Assembly: GCA_050261115.1 (NCBI GenBank)
Contig: JBLNCY010000053.1
Span: 1-64,000 of the forward strand
Source: Methanocella sp.
GTDB taxonomy: Archaea > Thermoproteota > Bathyarchaeia > Bathyarchaeales > Bathycorpusculaceae
Direction: 5' to 3'
Length of the DNA: 64,000 nucleotides
Part shown: positions 57,952-64,000 of the stretch, one piece after another
Position numbering within the stretch: the first letter of the stretch is position 1
How the letters are laid out: each line of letters opens with the position of its first letter
Notes under the pieces: model-generated
What the model was told of the DNA's origin: nothing
The model's database searches: none
The model's input: only the letters and a program-made list of their open reading frames with translations
Translations under genes and position numbers: made by a program

Positions 57952-58638
57952 TTACTGCCCTATCCCTAATAGTTTGTATGCAGTCTTCATATCTTTTATA
58001 CTCATCTGTCCCGCCGCCGTCTGGCTACCGGTCTCTAACGCGGCGAAGGTAAAGAATGCGCCAAAGACAGGGGACAGAAACCGCGAAAGCTTGCCCTGCT
58101 TGCCCATACAGAAGCAAACTAGCTTAGCTTTAGCCGAGGCAAAGGAAACAAAGCTAAGAATTGGCAGGTTATCTTCGATTTGTTTAGCGGTTAAGACGAT
58201 CTTACAGATGTCTGCTCCGATGCTGATTTCCTCATCAAGAACACGCCCAAGCGAGGATACGTCAAGGACGCCGTCGAATTTGTGGTAGGAAACCACGATT
58301 TTCTGGTTTAACTCCTTGAGCTTAGCAATGGTTTGCGCACGGAGGGCGCTTGAAAAGTCAACATCAACAAACGCAAACCCTGCCCTAGCGGCGTCTAGCA
58401 GAGTTTGCTGACGCTCTGCTTCGGAACCGACAAAAAACCCTCCTTCGCTCTGCAGTTTATTGGTTGCTATAAGGGGGAGTTTGGTGCATTTCGGCAAGTC
58501 AGAGAGGCCACGGGGTTCTTCGAGGCAATCCATGCGGAGTTCAACGAAGTCAGCGCCAGCCGCTTCTGCCCTGCCAATGAGGTCTGTTGCTTCAACTGTG
58601 TTTTTGGGGAGAATGGAGACGCAAATCTTTGCGCTCAC
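57952..58638 (-). CDS. aroD: 3-dehydroquinate dehydratase type I
   Basis: ELRMD, VSYH, ICKI, MG..G..SR, AAGQ. Confidence 0.9.
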   Translation of the reverse strand: MSAKICVSILPKNTVEATDLIGRAEAAGADFVELRMDCLEEPRGLSDLPKCTKLPLIATNKLQSEGGFFVGSEAERQQTLLDAARAGFAFVDVDFSSALRAQTIAKLKELNQKIVVSYHKFDGVLDVSSLGRVLDEEISIGADICKIVLTAKQIEDNLPILSFVSFASAKAKLVCFCMGKQGKLSRFLSPVFGAFFTFAALETGSQTAAGQMSIKDMKTAYKLLGIGQ

Positions 58639-59651
58639 TTCTCAATCACCGTTTCATCCGGCACCGAAATGCCAAAGTGCCTGCCGCCCCTCGCCGCGAG
58701 GTGAACGACGACTTCGTCACCCTGCTTTAACTCGGTAACTGGTTTAGAGCCATTGGGGGTAACAACACGGATTGTTTCAGCGTTCTGCAGAATGGTCTTG
58801 ATTGTTTTGCCGTTAACCTCGGCTTCGACTAGGATGAGCGGTCGAATCTCGATTTTTATTCGTCCGACATTGGCCTTGCGCGTTTTCCCTTCTCGGGTGA
58901 CAAGGATGACTTCGTCGCCTGCCTTGAACTCTTGTAGGTAACGCGTCGTCTGGAGGTTGCCTAGTGTGTACATGGAGCAGGAGCCCGCGTTAACCCTAAA
59001 GGGACGAGACGCAACATAGGGGTTCTCACTAACTTCCGCTTCGACAAGGAAGAGACCTGCACTTTGGCTACCGACCAGCATACCTTCGCCGGCCTGCATC
59101 AAGTCACAAGTATCAACGCAGACGCGCGCACCAGTACTGATGGGTCTGGTGCTGACGATTTTGGCGGTGGCCATTTCGAGTTTAAGCGCGTCGGGTTTGA
59201 CGACTTCGACGGTCTTTATGACCTCGTCGGGGTTGTCGGTTTTTAGTAGAACGCCATCTGTGCCAAGCTCTAGCGTTTGGAGGGCGACTTTGGCTTCTTC
59301 GGCGTTATTGACTTCGGCTATGAGTTTGCTTCTACCCTTTATTCGGGCTATGAGGTTCTCAAGGGGAATGACGCGCCAGTTAGCGGTGCTCACAAGGATA
59401 TGGGTTGCGCCTATCTCGGCGGCTTTTACGACTAGGTTTTCGCTTGCTTTGTCGTTTATGCATATGCGCATGACTTTAGCTGCTTTGGCGCTCTCAAGCG
59501 CTGCCTCATCGGCTGGGGATGCCACTGACTGGATTTGGTTGCTAGCGGTAAATATGGCTTTGTCGCCTTCGAGGACTACATCGACATATTGCTTGACAAG
59601 TGACTCAATGGCGTCTTTTTTTGTTTGGGTTTCCAGCCAGAGTTCCTTCAT
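58635..59651 (-). CDS. 3-dehydroquinate synthase II (archaeal AroB')
   Basis: WRVIPLENL, RVCVDTC, RPFRVNAG, LQNAETIR, GRHFG. Confidence 0.93.
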   Translation of the reverse strand: MKELWLETQTKKDAIESLVKQYVDVVLEGDKAIFTASNQIQSVASPADEAALESAKAAKVMRICINDKASENLVVKAAEIGATHILVSTANWRVIPLENLIARIKGRSKLIAEVNNAEEAKVALQTLELGTDGVLLKTDNPDEVIKTVEVVKPDALKLEMATAKIVSTRPISTGARVCVDTCDLMQAGEGMLVGSQSAGLFLVEAEVSENPYVASRPFRVNAGSCSMYTLGNLQTTRYLQEFKAGDEVILVTREGKTRKANVGRIKIEIRPLILVEAEVNGKTIKTILQNAETIRVVTPNGSKPVTELKQGDEVVVHLAARGGRHFGISVPDETVIEK

Positions 59652-60439
59652 GCCTTAACACCCAATATCTTCTCTGCCTGATCAACCGTCGCGTTCTCAT
59701 GCACGATGGCGGACAGGGCTTTTGCTATAGCGGTGGGATTTTCGCATTGAAACACGTTGCGCCCGATTGATAACCCTGCAGCTCCTGCTTTGAGTGCATC
59801 AAAAGTGGTTTGAAGGACTTCTTGGGGGGACTTGCATTTCGGTCCGCCTGCAATCACCACGGGTGCAGGGCAGCTTTCAATGACCTGCTTGAAGCTATCA
59901 ATGCTTCCAGTGTAGTTAGTTTTAATGATATCCGCACCTAATTCTGCACCAATACGGGCAGCGTGAGCAACAACTTCTAATGCATGCTCGTTGGCGATTT
60001 TGGGGCCACGGGGATACATCATAGCAAGAAGGGGCACACCATAGGCGTCGCATTCCTCAGAGACTTTCCCCAAGTTCGCAAGCATCTTATCCTCATCCTG
60101 AGCACCGACGTTAACATGCACGGAGACGGCGTCTGCTCCCAACCGCAGCGCTTCCTGGACGCTGCACACTTGCACTTTGGCGTTAACATTTGGGCTAAGA
60201 TTGGACATGCCGGAGAGCATAACTATTAGGCCTGCGCCGTCGACGTCGATGCGTCGTGCGATGCCTTTGTGTACGAGGATGGCGTCGGCTTTGCCTTTGA
60301 TGAGTTTGTCGGTTATCGTTTGCATGTTACCTATACCCTGGATGGGGCCGACGGTGACACCGTGATCCATGGGCACGATTACGGTTCGGTTATCTTTTTG
60401 GAAGATCTGTTTTAGTCTGCGGGTTTTGCCTTCATTCAT
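59648..60439 (-). CDS. 2-amino-3,7-dideoxy-D-threo-hept-6-ulosonate synthase (archaeal AroA')
   Basis: VPMDHG, GADAVSVHVN, MYPRG, ELGADIIKT, GRNVFQ; adjacent to AroB'. Confidence 0.9.
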   Translation of the reverse strand: MNEGKTRRLKQIFQKDNRTVIVPMDHGVTVGPIQGIGNMQTITDKLIKGKADAILVHKGIARRIDVDGAGLIVMLSGMSNLSPNVNAKVQVCSVQEALRLGADAVSVHVNVGAQDEDKMLANLGKVSEECDAYGVPLLAMMYPRGPKIANEHALEVVAHAARIGAELGADIIKTNYTGSIDSFKQVIESCPAPVVIAGGPKCKSPQEVLQTTFDALKAGAAGLSIGRNVFQCENPTAIAKALSAIVHENATVDQAEKILGVKA

Positions 60440-60452
60440 GCTTCCACTTTCT

Positions 60453-61697
60453 TTAGTGTTTTTTAAGCGCGTTTTTAATTAACTTTAGCGCTTTCTCCTT
60501 CTCGTTCCAATCTACAAAGAGCAGAATACTCGATGTGATAGTGAGGATGCCGCTGATGTTTATGCCGTTGAGCCGTAGGTCTTCGCTGATTTTGCCGATT
60601 ATGCCCTGGGTTTCTTCTAAGCCTACTCCGCTAGTTTTGATAAACACGAGGTCCTTTTTTACGGCCATGGCTATGGTTTCTTTGTTGTTTATCGTTATGT
60701 CGTGGATTTGGTTAAAGAGCTTGCTGATGGTCTCAGTTTGGGGTACGTAGACGATGATGGAGTTAGTGTTCATGGACATGCCGATAAGACTAGTGTTTTC
60801 CTTAACACGCTGAACGATTTCGGTTATGACCTGTGGATTTTTGGACATGCCCTCTCCGATAACCGTGATTTCCGCGACGGGGCCATCATTGGCGATTTCC
60901 GCGTCGAGTTCAGTGGCTAAGCCGCCAGTTATTATGGTGCCGTCTTTGCTTAGGTCATCAAGTTTGTTGCTCATGACTTTGACATCTATATCTTTGGGTT
61001 TGTACTTAAGCGCTTTACTGTGAATGAATTTTGCGCCTGAATCAGCTAAGCCTACTAGGGTGTTGACGTCTATGGTTGGGAGTAGTTTAGGCGATGCAAT
61101 GATTTTGGGGTCACTGGTCATAATGCCTTCTGCGTCGGTGACAAGGACAATCTGGTCTGCTTTAATGCCTAACCCCATCAGAAACGCGGTGGTATCGCTT
61201 CCGCCTCTGCCTAGCGTGGTGATTTTGCCGTCTTTGGTTTTTCCAATGAAGCCCGCTATGACGGGGATGGTTCCTTTCTCGACAAGCGGCAGAATAACCT
61301 GTGAGACGTTTTTCTCACATTCCTCCACCAGTGGGTTGGCGTTTTGGAAGTTGTCGTCTGAGATGATGGGCCACTTGTCATCCATGGGGTCGAAGTAGCA
61401 TGCATCCGCGCCATTGTTGCGTAAAGCGCTGGCAAAGAGGCGTATGCTGGTTCGCTCCCCCATCGAGAGGATGTCGTCTAATTCGTGTTTTGCTAGTTTT
61501 CCATTCGAAGTGTTTTTTGCGGTGGTTAAAAGTTGGTCTGTGGTTTTACCCATAGCTGACACGACGACAGCAAGTTTAGTGCCCTTTTTGGATTCGTTAA
61601 CCACTGCCTTGGCTGCTTTTAGCATCCGCTCGTGATCGGCTAGACTCGAACCGCCGAATTTAACCACCATTTTTTTTATAGAGGACTGTTTTACCAT
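60453..61697 (-). CDS. Aspartate kinase with ACT domains
   Basis: VVKFGGSS, VVSAMG, TTLGRGGSD, C-terminal ACT repeats; ATG at 61697. Confidence 0.93.
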   Translation of the reverse strand: MVKQSSIKKMVVKFGGSSLADHERMLKAAKAVVNESKKGTKLAVVVSAMGKTTDQLLTTAKNTSNGKLAKHELDDILSMGERTSIRLFASALRNNGADACYFDPMDDKWPIISDDNFQNANPLVEECEKNVSQVILPLVEKGTIPVIAGFIGKTKDGKITTLGRGGSDTTAFLMGLGIKADQIVLVTDAEGIMTSDPKIIASPKLLPTIDVNTLVGLADSGAKFIHSKALKYKPKDIDVKVMSNKLDDLSKDGTIITGGLATELDAEIANDGPVAEITVIGEGMSKNPQVITEIVQRVKENTSLIGMSMNTNSIIVYVPQTETISKLFNQIHDITINNKETIAMAVKKDLVFIKTSGVGLEETQGIIGKISEDLRLNGINISGILTITSSILLFVDWNEKEKALKLIKNALKKH

Positions 61698-61721
61698 GTT
61701 GTTTTTACACACCCTTGCTTT

Positions 61722-61759
61722 GCCCAGAACCTTTTTCTAAAAATTTTTTAGTTCTGGGC
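61722..61759 (-). promoter_or_regulatory. Putative attenuator hairpin
   Basis: Perfect 9-bp inverted repeat GCCCAGAAC/GTTCTGGGC with 20-nt A/U-rich loop, starting at the base after the leader stop. Confidence 0.7.
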
Positions 61760-61846
61760 TTAGGAGTAATAGAGGTAATAATAAAAGCCGTAGTCGAAGC
61801 TGCTGATTTGTGCTGCGTTGCCTGTGTTTATGTTGGCATGGGACAT
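61760..61846 (-). CDS. Putative Tyr/Phe-rich leader peptide, 28 aa
   Basis: MSHANINTGNAAQISSFDYGFYYYLYYS: 6 Tyr and 2 Phe in the last 12 codons, upstream of the aromatic operon. Confidence 0.75.
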   Translation of the reverse strand: MSHANINTGNAAQISSFDYGFYYYLYYS

Positions 61847-61875
61847 CTGCTTCGAACCTGCAAATGTGTTTCCGC

Positions 61876-61897
61876 CATATAAATATAAGCGTTTCGG
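61876..61897 (-). promoter_or_regulatory. BRE/TATA promoter of the leader plus aromatic operon
   Basis: Minus strand CCGAAACGCTTATATTTATATG about 30-40 nt upstream of the leader ATG. Confidence 0.65.
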
Positions 61898-62197
61898 GGA
61901 AGCATTTATTTTTGAGCGCCTTCTTGCTTTGTTGCTGCTATGGGCTCTGCGAGTCTCTTGGCTGAGCTTGCCAATTTGGGCGATGTTTTCTGCAGCCGAT
62001 TCGAATGTTTCAGCGATTTCTTCCACGCTGATTTTTTTAGGAGCTGACTGCGGAGGTGACGGCACAAAAGATTCGTCGTTTCCAGTACTCTAGAGGCTTG
62101 TATCAGGTTGTTGGGCCATGGCAAGCCAACTCAGTATAATGCAGGTATTGATTAGTGCTGGGACGTCTTACAAACGACACACAAATAAAGCAGCCAT

Positions 62198-62902
62198 TTA
62201 GGGTTCGATCTTTACTATCTGAGGAATCTTTCCAGCGGTTCCCACTTGACCCTTGTAGAGTATAAACACACCCTCAACGCCCGTTATGGATAAACCCCTC
62301 TCTATTCCCGCACAAATACCCGCTTTAGCATCGCCACCTTTTACCACATTGCCTACCGCTGTTGCTGCTGCGTCGGCTAGGGCAGCGGTTCTGCAGAAAA
62401 CTATGGCTGCCTCCGCATCCCCAAAACTCAAGGCATGACTAAAGCGCCCCGAACTTGTAGCTACCCCCCTCGGAAACTCCGTGAGTCGAAAACCAAAACG
62501 TCTAGAGAGGGGCTCCTCTCCTGCGGCAACAGCGACATCAACTGGCTGGTTTGAATCAGCAGCTATTTCACCCCCGTTCTCCACCACCGCCACCTCACAG
62601 CCCACTCGCTTCATATCAGCAACGGCTAGGTCGGCTATGGCTCCGGCGACCGCCGCCATGGGCCCTACCCCTGCCTCCTGGGCTGCTTCAGTCATCATTT
62701 GGGCGACAAGCGGCTCTTGGGGCACGGGGGTTGGTGTTAATGTGTAGAGAAATTTGGGGTTTGTTCGTACATAGGCCTCTAGTTCTTGGCGGCTGCGGCA
62801 AATAGATGCCTTGGCGGCTTCTATGGCTGCGGGGTTATCTGAGATGACCGTGCATTGAGATTCTTTTATTGTGAAGGCTTCTTTGTGCAGTCCTCGAGTC
62901 AA
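62198..62902 (-). CDS. UPF0280 (ApbE-like) protein
   Basis: VGPMAAVAG, VENGGEI, TSSG..SHALSFG, ALADAAAT. Confidence 0.85.
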   Translation of the reverse strand: MTRGLHKEAFTIKESQCTVISDNPAAIEAAKASICRSRQELEAYVRTNPKFLYTLTPTPVPQEPLVAQMMTEAAQEAGVGPMAAVAGAIADLAVADMKRVGCEVAVVENGGEIAADSNQPVDVAVAAGEEPLSRRFGFRLTEFPRGVATSSGRFSHALSFGDAEAAIVFCRTAALADAAATAVGNVVKGGDAKAGICAGIERGLSITGVEGVFILYKGQVGTAGKIPQIVKIEP

Positions 62903-63336
62903 GCTTGCTTTACCTGGCCATCGGCGGCGTGGTCGTTGCCGTTTGGTTTAACGGATTTTATGGCCCGCGCAGGGCAAGCATCAACGCAGATGCTGCATGA
63001 GCTGCCGAGGCATTTTTCTTTGTCAAACTGAACAGTTTTGTCCTCATCAGTGTTGATGGCTTCCACTGGGCAGAGGGCAACGCAGGTTCCGCAGCTAAAG
63101 CATCGGTCGCTGTTGACTTCAATGAGTTTAGGGACTAATACGCGGATGCCTCTTTTCCGGAAAGCTTCTGCTACTTTGGCTTCCATCTCGTCTGGGACTT
63201 CCACCAAGATTTCCCCGCCCTTGTTGTTGATGTGTGCGGATAGGATTGCCATGGGAACCTTGTATTCGATGATGATTTGTGAAGCGATTGGTTCGGCGAC
63301 TTGTTCCTCGCTAAATCGGATAAATAATCTTCCCAT
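62899..63336 (-). CDS. NIL-domain 2[4Fe-4S] ferredoxin (homocysteine biosynthesis partner)
   Basis: N-terminal NIL-like domain; CFSCGTCVALCP and CLGSSCSICVDACP. Confidence 0.85.
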   Translation of the reverse strand: MGRLFIRFSEEQVAEPIASQIIIEYKVPMAILSAHINNKGGEILVEVPDEMEAKVAEAFRKRGIRVLVPKLIEVNSDRCFSCGTCVALCPVEAINTDEDKTVQFDKEKCLGSSCSICVDACPARAIKSVKPNGNDHAADGQVKQA

Positions 63337-63340
63337 ACCA

Positions 63341-64000
63341 TTACCTCCCCAGCAGCTTGGACACATCCTCAGACGTGATGATGCCCAGCACCTTCTTTTC
63401 TATATCAATCACTGGTAATGCGGATATGTTATGTTGGGCCATGCGTCTTGAAGCAGCCTCAAGCGGTTCATCGGGTCTAGCCGTGATGACGTTGCGTGTT
63501 TCGATGTCCGCTAAAGCCTGTTTGCCCTCGGCCATAGCACGGGTTAAGTCCCATGAGGTCACGATGCCTCTTAGTTTGCCTAATCCATCAACGACGACGA
63601 TGTGGTTTACTGACTTGGTGACTATTCGGTTGGCTATGGCTCGTATGTCTTCGTTTTCCGTGCAGGTTACCGCTGGATGCATAACGGCCACAACGAAGGG
63701 AATTTCCTCAGTTTGCCGCATCGGCCTAAATACAGTATCGGAGGGCAAGCGCTCGATAGGCAAAGTTAAGGTGAAAAGGCCCTGGTCAATCCACATCTTT
63801 AGCGTAGCAGCAACTTTTCTTGCCATCTTTAGGCTAGACAGCGAAGAGACACGTACCTTTTTGCCGTTAACAGTGATTGCGCCTGATTTGAGTTCCTTGT
63901 AGCTGACCCGACCAAGTTTCGGTCTGTCTCTGCGGGGCACACTATAATCGACTATGTCGGTGAATATTTCGCTGTCACGAATGGCTACCTTCTTAGCTAA
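63341..64000 (-). CDS. 3' part of DUF39-CBS homocysteine biosynthesis protein (aspartate-semialdehyde sulfurtransferase)
   Basis: Frame open to the window edge; VDYSVP..RP...SYKELKSG...LSS..A..A..LKMWI followed by a CBS pair; next to the NIL ferredoxin. Confidence 0.85.
   Translation of the reverse strand, partial: LAKKVAIRDSEIFTDIVDYSVPRRDRPKLGRVSYKELKSGAITVNGKKVRVSSLSSLKMARKVAATLKMWIDQGLFTLTLPIERLPSDTVFRPMRQTEEIPFVVAVMHPAVTCTENEDIRAIANRIVTKSVNHIVVVDGLGKLRGIVTSWDLTRAMAEGKQALADIETRNVITARPDEPLEAASRRMAQHNISALPVIDIEKKVLGIITSEDVSKLLGR

Noticed and set aside
61760-62065. The 101-aa ORF-track protein as a single real gene
   Set aside because: It spans a clear BRE/TATA; the internal ATG at 61846 explains the Tyr-rich end better as a separate leader.

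Overview
Archaeal chromosomal window, most likely Bathyarchaeia. This is inferred from the PQQ-propeller/TrmB pair, intron-containing tRNAs, the archaeal aroA'/aroB' shikimate route and TATA/BRE promoters. Contents: three tRNAs (Arg-CCG; Ser-GGA with a 37/38 intron; Met-CAT with a non-canonical 45/46 intron), a gluconeogenesis block (DUF2090 aldolase-like, glpX, class I gap, pgk), a tandem array of six KGG/GsiB-like hydrophilins plus DUF2795, a topA/OSTC-like/aglB/aglH region, hypFCD and hypE, infB, trxB, leuA/cimA, and a 12-gene aspartokinase-to-tyrosine operon downstream of homocysteine-synthesis genes. The top finding is an unannotated 28-aa Tyr/Phe-rich leader peptide (ending FDYGFYYYLYYS) followed at once by a 9-bp hairpin, directly in front of the aromatic operon, which looks like ribosome-mediated attenuation in an archaeon. 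Also notable are a dispersed 45-75 bp intergenic repeat that always faces gene 3' ends, a shared palindromic promoter in the hydrophilin array, and a homologue of eukaryotic OSTC/DC2. Family assignments come from recognised motifs; no searches were run.
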